Shown: positions 1 to 11,390 of the stretch, piece by piece
Position numbering within the stretch: position 1 is the stretch's first letter
Layout: each line of letters begins with the position of its first letter
The notes under the pieces: model-generated
What the model saw: the letters and a program-made list of their open reading frames with translations, nothing else
The model's database searches: none
Told to the model about the DNA's origin: nothing
NCBI GenBank assembly: GCA_951813555.1
Contig: OX638344.1
Coordinates: 2,975,076-3,039,075 of the forward strand
Direction of reading: 5' to 3'
DNA: 64,000 nucleotides
DNA from: an uncultured Acidimicrobiales bacterium
GTDB lineage: Bacteria > Actinomycetota > Acidimicrobiia > Acidimicrobiales > Bin134
Program-made: the position numbers and the translations under genes

Positions 1-971
1 ATTTCGCCACCTGTTCCACTCCCAACGCGGCCATCGGCACGCACCTGGTGGTAGGACCGCTGTATCACGCCGGGCCGTTCGCGGCCACCCGCAACCTCAT
101 GGGGGGCGCTCCGGTGGTGGTGCTGGGCCGGTTCGACGCCGAGGCCACCCTGGCGGCCATCGACCGCTATCGGGTGAACGGGGTGTTCATGGTGCCCACG
201 CACTTCAGCCGGCTGCTGGCCCTGCCATCCGAAGTGCGACAGCGCTACCGAACCGACAGCTTGGTGTCGGTAACCCACAGCGGGGCCCCCTGCCCGGTGT
301 CGGTGAAGCGGGCCATCATCGACTGGCTCGGGCCCATCGTCTATGAGGGGTACGGCTCTACCGAAGTGGGCGGCTCGTGCCACATCAACTCCGAGGATTG
401 GCTGGCCCACCCCGGATCGGTGGGGCGGCCGGTTCTCCCGTTCGAAGTGCTGATCGTGGACGAGGACGGCAACGAACTGCCGCCAGGGCATGAGGGGCGG
501 GTGTATTTCGCCGATGGCAGCGGGCGAGGCATCCGCTATCGCAATGCGCCGAAGAAAACGGCGGCCGCCCACCTGCGACCGGGGGTGTTTACTTTGGGCG
601 AGATCGGCTACACCGACGATGACGGGTTCTTGTATCTGACCGACCGGTTTTCCGACATGGTGGTGTCGGGTGGGGTGAACATCTACCCCGCCGAGACTGA
701 ACTGGTGCTGGTGGACCATCCGGGGGTGGCCGACGTGGCCTGTATCGGCGTGCCCGACGAGGAGATGGGCGAGCAGCTCAAGGCCCTGATTGTGCCCGCC
801 GACCCAAGCCGGCTGCCAGAAGAAGCCGAGGTCATTGCCTTCTGCCGCGACCGCATTGCCCACTACAAGTGTCCTCGATCGGTGGAGTTCGTCAGCGAAG
901 AGCAACTAGGCCGCTCTGCCATGGGCAAGATCAACAAACAGGCGCTACGTGCCCCGTATTGGGAGGGCTAG
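1..971 (+). CDS. AMP-dependent acyl-CoA synthetase/ligase, C-terminal part (5' end outside the window)
   Basis: The frame is open to the window start. Adenylate-forming enzyme motifs are present: 'EGYGSTE', 'GEIGYTDDDGFLYLTDRFSDMVVSGGVNIYPAE' and the C-terminal 'GKINKQALR'. Confidence 0.85.
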   Translation, partial: FATCSTPNAAIGTHLVVGPLYHAGPFAATRNLMGGAPVVVLGRFDAEATLAAIDRYRVNGVFMVPTHFSRLLALPSEVRQRYRTDSLVSVTHSGAPCPVSVKRAIIDWLGPIVYEGYGSTEVGGSCHINSEDWLAHPGSVGRPVLPFEVLIVDEDGNELPPGHEGRVYFADGSGRGIRYRNAPKKTAAAHLRPGVFTLGEIGYTDDDGFLYLTDRFSDMVVSGGVNIYPAETELVLVDHPGVADVACIGVPDEEMGEQLKALIVPADPSRLPEEAEVIAFCRDRIAHYKCPRSVEFVSEEQLGRSAMGKINKQALRAPYWEG

Positions 972-1819
972 AGAGCCAGTCCGACCGTCAAAAGCGCTCC
1001 CAGAACAAGGTGCAGGCGGGCAGTGTGGTTCAGCAGGGGGGCTTTGGCCGCCGAAGACAAGGCGATACTGAAGGCGGGGACGGCCAACGAAAGTGAGGCC
1101 AAGGTGAGTGGTGCCCAGGGACGGGCCACCGCTAGAGAGGCCCCCACCCCGATTGCACCCAGGACCAAGCCCGCGTAGAGCCAGGCAGCCCTTCGGTCGC
1201 CCAATCGGACGGCCAGTGTCACCTTTCCTGATTCCCGGTCTTGGGGAATGTCCCGCAAATTGTTGGCCACTAGGAGTGCGGAGGCCATAAGGCCCACGGG
1301 CACCGCGGCAGCAACGGCCAGCGCGGTAACTTCCTCGATCTGTACGAAAGTCGTGCCGACGGTAGCGACCAGGCCGAAGAACACGAACACAAAAACCTCG
1401 CCAAAGCCGGCGTAGCCGTAGGGCCGCCGACCTCCGGTGTAATACCAAGCGGCGATCATGCAGGCCAGCCCCACCGCCACCAGCCAGAGCGCCACCGCAA
1501 TTGCTAGGGCCAGCCCGGCCGCTGCGGCTACCGCAAAGGCCCCGAACGCGGCCCGCCGCACCAGGGTGGGGGCCACTGCACCGCCGCCCACCAGCCGGGC
1601 CGGGCCCACCCGGTTGGCATCGGCGCCGCGAATTCCGTCGGAGTAGTCGTTGGCGTAGTTCACCCCAACTTGGAGGGCCACCGCCACCATCAGTGCGACC
1701 GCGGCCCGCCACCACACCACATCGGGAGCGGCTGCGGCAGTACCCACCGCCACCGGCACCAGCGCGGCGGGAAGCGTTCGGGGCCTCGCCCCCTGAATCC
1801 AGAGCCGAATCACCTTTAC
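968..1819 (-). CDS. menA: 1,4-dihydroxy-2-naphthoate polyprenyltransferase (UbiA superfamily, MenA-like)
   Basis: Multi-pass hydrophobic protein. The N-terminus '[17 protein letters not shown]' and the '[14 protein letters not shown]' motif are typical of MenA. I moved the start to GTG 1819 because the longer ORF overlaps the divergent neighbour. The start remains uncertain. Confidence 0.7.
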   Translation of the reverse strand, partial: VKVIRLWIQGARPRTLPAALVPVAVGTAAAAPDVVWWRAAVALMVAVALQVGVNYANDYSDGIRGADANRVGPARLVGGGAVAPTLVRRAAFGAFAVAAAAGLALAIAVALWLVAVGLACMIAAWYYTGGRRPYGYAGFGEVFVFVFFGLVATVGTTFVQIEEVTALAVAAAVPVGLMASALLVANNLRDIPQDRESGKVTLAVRLGDRRAAWLYAGLVLGAIGVGASLAVARPWAPLTLASLSLAVPAFSIALSSAAKAPLLNHTARLHLVLGALLTVGLAL

Positions 1820-1858
1820 AAGTCTGGCCCATGGCTCCCATTCGTTAGTGTCGAAGCC

Positions 1859-3853
<1,995 letters not shown>

Positions 3854-3896
3854 GTCTGACGGCCAGACCATCGGAGAGCGGGCCGAGCCAGCAGTC

Positions 3897-5855
3897 ATGA
3901 CCCGGCACACGAACATGGGCAGGAGAATCTCTCTTGTGGTCCTGCTTTGCCTTGTTTCGACCGCCCTGCTCACCAGCGGGAAGCTGGTCGAGATAGCGGA
4001 GCGCCAGCCGCTGGGAGACAGCCGGGACCGCTGGGTGAGCGTCGCCGAGGCTGTGGACCGGGCCGCGAACTTCTTGTCGTTGAATCGGCCTTACGACTTG
4101 ATCGCCGACTGGCGGGGACTGGGACAAGACGTGGGAGAGCGATTGGACACCGTCGGCGAGGTGGTGGAGGCGCTTGAAGCCGACGGCCATGACCAAATCC
4201 CCCCGGCATTGGCTCAATCCACCGATCCCGTTGGCCGCGAGGAGCCGGAACCCACACAGGTCGCCATGGAGTTTGCGGTGGTTTCCCCCGACCAGCCTTT
4301 GCGTGTGCATGTGGCGGGCGACAGCCAGGCCGACGAAGTGGGACACACGCTGGAAGGAGTCTCCGGTGGCGTGTTCGACGTGACGGTCAACAGCCGGAAC
4401 TCGACCAGCCTGGCTCGGCCCGACTACTTCAATTGGCCGGCGGAGCTGTTGAAGGTGTCCATACGAGACGACCCCGACGTGGTGGTGCTGTTCCTCGGAG
4501 CCAGTGAATGGCAGAACATGGAGACCAGAGACGGCAGTCTGGTCGAACCGGGGACGCCGGAATGGCTGGAAGAGTGGTCTTGGCGCTTGAGCGTGGCGCT
4601 CGAAATACTCGCGGCCGACCATCGACTGATCGTTTGGGTCGGCCTTCCGCCGATGCGCCTCGCGTGGAGCGTGGCCGGGGTCCCGGCCATCAACGCGGCC
4701 GCCGCGGCCGTTGTCGCCGACTTCCCCCAGGCGGTGATGCTTGACATCTGGGATCTGTTCGGAGGGGAGCCATACGCGGAGAAAGTGGCGACGCCGGCCG
4801 GGGGGTCGCCTGTGCGAGTTCGCATGGACGACGGGGTACACCTGAACCGCACGGGCTCGTCTTGGGTGTCTGGCGGGGTGGTGGAAGCAGTTGCCGCGGT
4901 CTGGGAAGGCAGGTGCGGCCGCATCGATGAGGATGGCGGCATTTGCTGGAGGGCGCGGGGGGACGCCGGCCAAGACCGCGGAGAAGGCACCCCGGTACCG
5001 GAAACCTGTGCCGAGCTGCCCGGCGGGGATCTCGTCTGCTGGTCGAACGACCGGGCAGCACCGCTATTCCAGCCCCCGGGAGAGTATGCGTCGGTGTCGG
5101 CCAGCTGGAACCAGGTATGCGCCCTGAGGGCTGCTGATTCAACCGCGACATGCTGGGGCGACGACCTGGACGGTCGCGCCGACATACCGGGGGGTGCGTT
5201 CGAGTCGATTGTGGCCGGAGCGTGGCACGCGTGCGGGATCAGGCCGTCAGGGCAGGTGCAATGCTGGGGCACGCAGGTGGCGAACATGGCGGTTGCTCCG
5301 GCCGGAACCTATACCGAGGTCACGATCGGAGAGCGCCACTCCTGTGCCATCAAGGCCAATGGGCGTGTCGACTGCTGGGGCGACAACGAGCTCGACCGCA
5401 GCGCCGTGCCCGATATCGAGTTCACCATGGTCAGCGCGGGACGGTGGCATTCCTGCGGGATTGTTCCCGACCTGTCCGCGGTGTGCTGGGGAGACGATAC
5501 CCACGGCCAGGCAGATCCGCCCGGAGGGCAGTTCACCTCGCTGAGCGCGGGCGAGATCCATTCTTGCGGCCTGAGGGTCGACGGGACGGTTGAGTGCTGG
5601 GGAGCCAATCTGTACGGCGAAACCGAGGCGCCCGAAGGGGAGTTCGCCTCGGTAGCCACCGGGGAGCGGCACTCTTGCGGCTTGTTGACCAACGGTGAGG
5701 TTCGGTGCTGGGGCAACAATGACCATGGGAGAGCTGACCCCCCCGCTGGTGTGTTTCTGTCGCTGGACACTGGCGGGAACATCTCTTGCGGCCTGCGCCC
5801 CGACCAAAGCGTGGAGTGCTGGGGGCGGGAGCTGGCCGGCGAAGTTTCGCGCTAG
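3897..5855 (+). CDS. Membrane-anchored fusion protein: SGNH/GDSL-type hydrolase domain (DUF459-like) plus C-terminal RCC1-like repeat (beta-propeller) domain
   Basis: N-terminal TM segment 'ISLVVLLCLVSTALL'. SGNH block I 'VHVAGDSQADEVG' and block V 'MDDGVHLN'. The C-terminus has 8 occurrences of a C-W-G/S motif at about 37-38 aa spacing with 'HSCG/HACG' between them (for example 'HSCGLRVDGTVECWGAN'). Confidence 0.6.
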   Translation: MTRHTNMGRRISLVVLLCLVSTALLTSGKLVEIAERQPLGDSRDRWVSVAEAVDRAANFLSLNRPYDLIADWRGLGQDVGERLDTVGEVVEALEADGHDQIPPALAQSTDPVGREEPEPTQVAMEFAVVSPDQPLRVHVAGDSQADEVGHTLEGVSGGVFDVTVNSRNSTSLARPDYFNWPAELLKVSIRDDPDVVVLFLGASEWQNMETRDGSLVEPGTPEWLEEWSWRLSVALEILAADHRLIVWVGLPPMRLAWSVAGVPAINAAAAAVVADFPQAVMLDIWDLFGGEPYAEKVATPAGGSPVRVRMDDGVHLNRTGSSWVSGGVVEAVAAVWEGRCGRIDEDGGICWRARGDAGQDRGEGTPVPETCAELPGGDLVCWSNDRAAPLFQPPGEYASVSASWNQVCALRAADSTATCWGDDLDGRADIPGGAFESIVAGAWHACGIRPSGQVQCWGTQVANMAVAPAGTYTEVTIGERHSCAIKANGRVDCWGDNELDRSAVPDIEFTMVSAGRWHSCGIVPDLSAVCWGDDTHGQADPPGGQFTSLSAGEIHSCGLRVDGTVECWGANLYGETEAPEGEFASVATGERHSCGLLTNGEVRCWGNNDHGRADPPAGVFLSLDTGGNISCGLRPDQSVECWGRELAGEVSR

Positions 5856-5867
5856 CGGCGCGTCGCG

Positions 5868-7043
5868 CTAGCCGACGGGGGCGGGGGCGCAGAGACCGTC
5901 GAGCTCCACCACCTGGATCTTGTCGCGGTTCTCCCAGGTGATGGGCTGATCCGGATCGGGCCGCAGCCTGTACTCTCGAAACGACATCTCGCTGGCGTCG
6001 AATGCCAGCAGCCGGCCCACCAGGGTGTCGCCGTGGCCCAGGATCAGCTTGATGGCCTCCAGGGCCTGGATCGACCCAACGATGCCGGGCAGCACGCCCA
6101 GCACCCCGGCCTCGGCGCAGCTCGGGGCCATCTCGGCAGGCGGCGGCTCGGGGATCATGTCCCGGTACGTGGGGCCATTGCGGGGGTCGAACACGGTGAC
6201 TTGGCCCTCGAACCGGAAGATCGATCCGTGGACCACGGGGATGCCCAGCTTCACCGAGGCGTCGTTGAGCATGTAGCGCACCGGGAAGTTGTCGGCCCCG
6301 TCCACGATCACGTCGTAGTCGGCGATGATGTCCACGATGTTGTCAGCCCCCAGCCGCACATCGTAGGTCACCACGTTCACGTCGGGGTTTAGGGCATTGA
6401 GTGTCTTCTTGGCCGAGTCCACCTTGCGCTCCCCCACCCGGTCGAAGTTGTGGAGGATTTGGCGCTGGAGGTTGGAGGCGTCCACCACGTCCATGTCCAC
6501 GATACCCACGGTTCCCACCCCCGCGGCGGCCAAGTACAGGGCGGCGGGAGAGCCCAGCCCGCCGGCGCCCAGACACAACACTTTGGCCTCTAACAGCTTG
6601 AGCTGGCCCTCGGCGCCCACCTCAGGCAACAGCAGGTGGCGGTGGTAGCGGTTGCGCTGATCGGGCGTGAGGGTCACGGGCAGGGCCCAGTCGCGGCCCT
6701 CGTCCTTCCAGCGATTGAACCCGCCGTCCATCGAAACCACGTCGCCATAGCCCATCTCTTGGAGGGTCTGGGCCGCGAATGCCGATCGCACGCCACCCGC
6801 GCACATGACCACCACCGCGGCCTCCTTGTCGGGCAGGCGGTTCTCCACGTTGGGCTCAAGATTTCCCCTGGGGATGTGCACCGAGCCGGGTACGGCCCCC
6901 TGCTCGAATTCGTCGGGCTCTCTCACGTCGAGCAGCACTGCGCCCTCGGCCAGCATCGTGGCAGCCCCAGCCGGGTCGGTCTCCCGAATCTCAGACTTGG
7001 CTTCTCTGAGCAGATCTCTGAACGTGGACATGGCGACGGTCAC
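5868..7043 (-). CDS. MoeB/ThiF-type adenylyltransferase fused to a rhodanese domain (MoeZ-like sulfur-carrier activating enzyme). The rhodanese domain is N-terminal here.
   Basis: N-terminal rhodanese with active-site loop 'CAGGVRS' and 'LLDVREPDEF'. This is followed by 'RYHRHLLLPEVG...VLCLGAGGLGSPAALYLAAAGVGTVGIVDMDVVDASNLQRQILH' (ThiF/MoeB nucleotide fold) and 'PSCAEAGVLGV' (catalytic Cys loop). Confidence 0.8.
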   Translation of the reverse strand: MTVAMSTFRDLLREAKSEIRETDPAGAATMLAEGAVLLDVREPDEFEQGAVPGSVHIPRGNLEPNVENRLPDKEAAVVVMCAGGVRSAFAAQTLQEMGYGDVVSMDGGFNRWKDEGRDWALPVTLTPDQRNRYHRHLLLPEVGAEGQLKLLEAKVLCLGAGGLGSPAALYLAAAGVGTVGIVDMDVVDASNLQRQILHNFDRVGERKVDSAKKTLNALNPDVNVVTYDVRLGADNIVDIIADYDVIVDGADNFPVRYMLNDASVKLGIPVVHGSIFRFEGQVTVFDPRNGPTYRDMIPEPPPAEMAPSCAEAGVLGVLPGIVGSIQALEAIKLILGHGDTLVGRLLAFDASEMSFREYRLRPDPDQPITWENRDKIQVVELDGLCAPAPVG

Positions 7044-7115
7044 CTCAGTCTTGGCGGGACATCAGGTCAGGCGTTGGGAAGGATTTCCCATAAATCCTAC
7101 CGAGTTAGTCCGATT

Positions 7116-7895
7116 TTACCAATCCACCCCGATGGCCAACGGCAGGACTTCGCTGATCGAGGCCGGCAACACAACTGCGGCGAGGCCGTCAAACGGGGTC
7201 GGCTCGGCGTTCACGATCACTATCTGGGCGCCGGCCTGATGGGCAATCGGGACCATGTTGGCTATCGGGTACACGGTGAGGGTGGAGCCCACCGCCAGCA
7301 GCACATCACAGCCCATTGCGGCTTGCTCCGACCGGTGCAGGTCGGCCATCACCAGATTCTGCCCGAAGGAGATGGTGGCCGACTTCAAGATTCCGCCGCA
7401 GAGCCGACATGGAGGGTCGGCCTCCCCCGCCCTGACCCTCTCCAGCGCGAACTCCATCGGTGCAGTGTCTCCACAGTCGAGGCAGCGGACTTTGGACGTC
7501 GTGCCGTGGATCTCAACCAACCGCTCCTCAGAGGTGCCCGCCGCCCGATGGAGGCCGTCGACGTTCTGGGTGATCAGCGTGTGCAGCTTTCCCTGGCGCT
7601 CCAGCTCCACCAATGCACGATGGCCCGGGTTCGGCTCTCTTCCCTCCCACATCGACCCCTCAACCAGCCGTTGCCAGTTGCGCTTGCGCAGTCCATGGTC
7701 GGACACATAGGACGACAAAGTGGCCGTCTTCTCAGCCTCGGGGTTCTTGGTCCAAAGACCTTCCGGTCCCCGGAAATCGGGGATGCCGCTGTCGGTGGAT
7801 ATCCCCGCCCCGGTGAGCACGACCACTTTCTCGGCAATGCCCAGCACAGCCCGGGCCGCTTCAATCTCGTTGCCCAACTCTTCGATCGGCCGCAT
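7116..7895 (-). CDS. cobB: NAD-dependent protein deacylase, Sir2 family
   Basis: 'GAGISTDSGIPDFRGPEGLW', 'ITQNVDGLH' and a Zn ribbon 'C..C...C..CGG'. The start was moved to ATG 7895 ('MRPIEEL'). Confidence 0.85.
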   Translation of the reverse strand: MRPIEELGNEIEAARAVLGIAEKVVVLTGAGISTDSGIPDFRGPEGLWTKNPEAEKTATLSSYVSDHGLRKRNWQRLVEGSMWEGREPNPGHRALVELERQGKLHTLITQNVDGLHRAAGTSEERLVEIHGTTSKVRCLDCGDTAPMEFALERVRAGEADPPCRLCGGILKSATISFGQNLVMADLHRSEQAAMGCDVLLAVGSTLTVYPIANMVPIAHQAGAQIVIVNAEPTPFDGLAAVVLPASISEVLPLAIGVDW

Positions 7896-7917
7896 CAGAA
7901 TTACCCCGTTTGACCCC

Positions 7918-7947
7918 TTGACAGACTTACATAGAAATATACACAAT
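7918..7947 (+). promoter_or_regulatory. Candidate sigma-70-type promoter in an AT-rich divergent intergenic region
   Basis: Perfect TTGACA at 7918-7923, then an 18-nt spacer and CACAAT. This is the most AT-rich stretch of the neighbourhood, between divergent genes. It is a sequence match only. Confidence 0.25.
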
Positions 7948-7976
7948 ACATCTAAAGCTTCCCCTCTATATCGAGC

Positions 7977-8432
7977 TTGGCAGTTGCCAGCAGAAACGAT
8001 CCTTCCATGACAACCCCCTTCTTACATTCTTCCCTGTGGATTGAGCCGTGGCGCGACTTGATCACTGAAGAGAACGGACACGACCCCCGATCGAGATACG
8101 TGGAGCAGTTTTGGCTGGGGGTCATTGGCCCCACCGCCGCCTGGCTCATGCGCTATGTGGCCCACGAGTTCGACAACTCACCCGATGGATTCGAGCTTCC
8201 CGTGGCCGACATCGCCCTGCAACTGGGAGTCAGCCCCAAAGCCGGGCCCCGGGGCGGCCTCCATCGCACCTTGCAGCGGTTGGTGATGTTCCGGCTAGCC
8301 GCAGAGGGTCACGCCGGCTTCGTCGTCCGGCGCCGGCTGCCCCCGCTCAACCACGCCCAGCTCCGCCGCCTGCCCCAGCACCTCCAACGCTCCCACTCCT
8401 CGTACTACTCGCTTGCCGAGCCCGCGGCCTGA
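7977..8432 (+). CDS. Hypothetical protein (possible winged-helix/HTH-like)
   Basis: The ORF shows coding-like composition and faces away from the Sir2 gene. I recognise no motif. An alternative start is ATG 8007 ('MTTPFLH'). Confidence 0.45.
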   Translation: MAVASRNDPSMTTPFLHSSLWIEPWRDLITEENGHDPRSRYVEQFWLGVIGPTAAWLMRYVAHEFDNSPDGFELPVADIALQLGVSPKAGPRGGLHRTLQRLVMFRLAAEGHAGFVVRRRLPPLNHAQLRRLPQHLQRSHSSYYSLAEPAA

Positions 8433-8464
8433 AGGGGAGGTCGACCGCCGACTAGACATACAGC

Positions 8465-9649
8465 GTGGAAGATGACCTGAGGGATTCCTGGAACCGGCTG
8501 TGCGACTCCCTAAAGGAGTCGGTGGATTACATCTTCGACCCAAATTTGGGGATTGATGCCTCCGAACAGGCTGAAGGTCTGCGGTATCAACTTCGAATGC
8601 TGCACTTGGCCATCGACCGGACCCTGGAGAACTACGATCCCGAACGACCCGAGTTGGGCTGGGTGTACCCCTCCAAGATGGGCCAGGACAATCCCGACGC
8701 GCTGTATCAGTCGGCGCCAGTGGACTTGAGCCACAACTACCGGTTGACGGGGCGCCTCGACGCTGTGCGGTACCTGGGTTTCTCGCTCATGGATTTCTCA
8801 TTCGGCCGGGGCAACATCAACCAACTGCTGAACATCGGCACCCTTGAATTGACTGACATCGGCGGTGGCCGGTTCGAAGTTATCTTCAGCCCTGACCCGG
8901 ACCCCGGCGATCACGTGGGCAACTGGTACCAATTGGAGCCCGCTACCTGCCGCCTACTCGTGCGCCAGTTCTTCTCCGATTGGACGGTCGAGAACCACGC
9001 CGAGTTGTATCTGGAGTGTCTGGACTCCCCAGGACTGCCCACCCGACTCAACTCCGTTGCCACCGCAACCGCGCTTCAAGAGATCACCAAAGAGATCAAC
9101 GTCTTGCCCAAGTTCTGGACCGACTATGCACTGGGCTACCGCGACCGGGGCGAGATAAACACCTTCGCCCACGTTGAGGGGAAATACAGCGGCGAGGGCC
9201 TCGGCGGCAGCGACCAGCAGGCCTACGGAGGGTGCTGGTACGAGGTGGGCCCCGACGAGGCCCTGCTGTTCGAGGTGACCCCGCCGAACTGCCTCTACTG
9301 GAACATCCAGGTGGGCGACACCTGGTTCCAGAGCCTCGACTACGTGAACCTCCCCACCACCATGAACGACTCCCAGGCCCGCCTCGACCCCGACGGCGTG
9401 CTACGAGTGGTGGTCTCCCACCAAGACCCCGCTATCCAGAACTGGATCGCCCTTGGTGGCTGTCCCCAAGGAGCACTCACCTACCGGTGGAACAACGCCG
9501 ACTCCGCGCCGGTGCCCACCCTGCGGCTGATGCCGGCCTCAGAGATCGGCGGCTGCCTTCACCCCGACACCCCCCGGCTCAGCACCGACGAACGTGCCGA
9601 ACTTGACGCCGAACGTCGCCGCCACGCCCTGCGCCGATTCACTCGATAG
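8465..9649 (+). CDS. Conserved hypothetical protein, tandem paralog 1 (possibly DUF1214-like)
   Basis: GTG start. 394 aa. It aligns with the next gene and more distantly with 34718-35866. Shared motifs are 'GWVYP.K.GQDNPDA.Y..APVDLSH.YRLTGR' and 'YWNIQVGDTW.QSLDY'. The family name is a by-eye guess. Confidence 0.6.
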   Translation: MEDDLRDSWNRLCDSLKESVDYIFDPNLGIDASEQAEGLRYQLRMLHLAIDRTLENYDPERPELGWVYPSKMGQDNPDALYQSAPVDLSHNYRLTGRLDAVRYLGFSLMDFSFGRGNINQLLNIGTLELTDIGGGRFEVIFSPDPDPGDHVGNWYQLEPATCRLLVRQFFSDWTVENHAELYLECLDSPGLPTRLNSVATATALQEITKEINVLPKFWTDYALGYRDRGEINTFAHVEGKYSGEGLGGSDQQAYGGCWYEVGPDEALLFEVTPPNCLYWNIQVGDTWFQSLDYVNLPTTMNDSQARLDPDGVLRVVVSHQDPAIQNWIALGGCPQGALTYRWNNADSAPVPTLRLMPASEIGGCLHPDTPRLSTDERAELDAERRRHALRRFTR

Positions 9650-9701
9650 AACACCGGCCTTCGGTCTGCCCGTTTGGAGGAGTCGCGGCTAGACATAAGC
9701 C

Positions 9702-10889
9702 GTGGACAACGACCTGAGAGCATCCTGGAACCGGTTATGCGACACCCTCAAGGAGTCGGCCGACTACATCTTTGATCCAGCACGGGGGGCCGACGCATCC
9801 GAGCAGGCTGAGGGCCTGCGCCATCAGCTGCGGATGTTCTTTTGGGCCTACGACCGAATCGTGGAGAACAACGACCCCGACCACCCCGAGCTGGGCTGGG
9901 TGTACCCCTTCAAAGTGGGCCAGGACAACCCCGATGCGATGTACATGACCGCGCCGGTGGACCTGAGCCACTCCTACCGGCTGACCGGCCGGATCGACAC
10001 CCTGCGCTACCTGGGGTTGTCGTTGATGGACCACAGCTTCGGCCGAGGGCGTATCACTCAGCTCGTGGACGTGGGAAGTCCCGACCTGACCGACATCGGC
10101 GATGGCCGCATCGACGTGGTCTTCAGCCCCGACCCCGACCCCGGTGCCCACGTCGGCGACTGGTTCCAAGTCGAGCCGCACCCGTGCCGGCTGTTCGTGC
10201 GCCAGTTCTTCTCTGACTGGGCGTCGGAGGACCAGGCCGAACTGTACTTCGAATGCCTTGACCCGTCGGGGCCTCCCGGCCGGCTCGATCCGGTGCGGAC
10301 TTGCGAGCTGTTCGACGAGTTGGCCCGGGAGGTTGACACCGTGCCCGAGTTCTGGACCGACTTTGCCGGGGGTCAGCGCGACCGAGGCCAAATAAACTCT
10401 TTCGACCATGTTCCCCCCCACAAGGTGAGTCAGAGCGCCCAGGGGGGAAGCGAAAAGCAGTCGTACGGGCAGTGCTGGTACGAGGTGGGCCCTGAGGAGG
10501 CCCTTTTGTTCGAGGTGACCCCGCCCGACTGCCTGTACTGGAACATCCAGGTGGGCGACACCTGGTACCAGAGCCTCGACTACGTGAACCTCCCCACCAC
10601 CATGAACGACTCCCAGGCCCGCCTCGACCCCGACGGCGTGCTTAGGGTGGTGATCTCCCATGTAGACCCCGGCATCCAGAACTGGATCGCCCTGGGCGGC
10701 TGCCCCCAAGGGGCCATCACCTACCGGTGGAACAATGCCGACAGCGCCCCAGTGCCAACGCTTCGGTTGATGCCCGTATCCGAAATCGGCGACTGCCTCC
10801 ACCCCGAAACTCCCCGGCTCAGCGCCAACGACCGCGCCGCGCTCAACGCCGAGCGCCGCCGCCACGCCCTGCGCCGCTTCACGCGATAG
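9702..10889 (+). CDS. Conserved hypothetical protein, tandem paralog 2 (possibly DUF1214-like)
   Basis: GTG start. 395 aa. It is collinear with 8465-9649, and the C-terminal third is nearly identical. Confidence 0.6.
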   Translation: MDNDLRASWNRLCDTLKESADYIFDPARGADASEQAEGLRHQLRMFFWAYDRIVENNDPDHPELGWVYPFKVGQDNPDAMYMTAPVDLSHSYRLTGRIDTLRYLGLSLMDHSFGRGRITQLVDVGSPDLTDIGDGRIDVVFSPDPDPGAHVGDWFQVEPHPCRLFVRQFFSDWASEDQAELYFECLDPSGPPGRLDPVRTCELFDELAREVDTVPEFWTDFAGGQRDRGQINSFDHVPPHKVSQSAQGGSEKQSYGQCWYEVGPEEALLFEVTPPDCLYWNIQVGDTWYQSLDYVNLPTTMNDSQARLDPDGVLRVVISHVDPGIQNWIALGGCPQGAITYRWNNADSAPVPTLRLMPVSEIGDCLHPETPRLSANDRAALNAERRRHALRRFTR

Positions 10890-10892
10890 CCC

Positions 10893-11390
10893 ATGGAGTA
10901 CGTGGCCGCGGTTTATATGATGGCCGCGGTCTTGTTGGGTGCAGCCGGAGCGTCCAAAGCAATAACCCCCGAGCCGGCGTCCGCCGCCCTGGCCCGTCTC
11001 CAGCTGTACCACCGCCATTGGGCGGTGCGGCTGTTGGGATTGGCTGAACTTGTCGTTGCAGTCGGCGCGTTCATTGTGGGCGGCATAGTCCCGGCCACCG
11101 CCCTCGCCGCGCTCTATGCCGGATTCGCTGTGGTGGCCGCGGCCATGGTCCGCTCGGGCTCAGCGGAGCCCTGCGGCTGCTTCGGCCGAGTCGAGATGCC
11201 GGCAACCAGACGCCATGTGGCGGTGAACGTCCTAGCCGTGGTGGTCGGACTGGTGGCGGCCTCCAGGCCGGTCGAAGCCATCGACATGCTGTTCGACTCC
11301 CGCCAATGGTTGCTGGCCCCGTTCGCAGTGATCGTGGCGGCCGGGTCCTACGGAGCGTTTGCCTGGCTCAGCCGTCCGCCGAATCCGTAG
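10893..11390 (+). CDS. Small multi-pass membrane protein, MauE/DoxX-like
   Basis: About four hydrophobic segments and a 'EPCGCFG' motif, which I associate with the MauE family. It starts 4 nt after the stop of paralog 2. Confidence 0.45.
   Translation: MEYVAAVYMMAAVLLGAAGASKAITPEPASAALARLQLYHRHWAVRLLGLAELVVAVGAFIVGGIVPATALAALYAGFAVVAAAMVRSGSAEPCGCFGRVEMPATRRHVAVNVLAVVVGLVAASRPVEAIDMLFDSRQWLLAPFAVIVAAGSYGAFAWLSRPPNP

Larger units (their letters stand above)
8450..10889 (+). repeat. Tandem duplication (two units, about 1237-1240 bp period), each containing one paralogous CDS plus about 15 nt of upstream sequence
   Basis: 'ctagacata..gc.gtgga' precedes both starts (8465 and 9702). The proteins align end to end. 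A 75-nt run is identical at 9328-9402 and 10568-10642. Confidence 0.85.
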
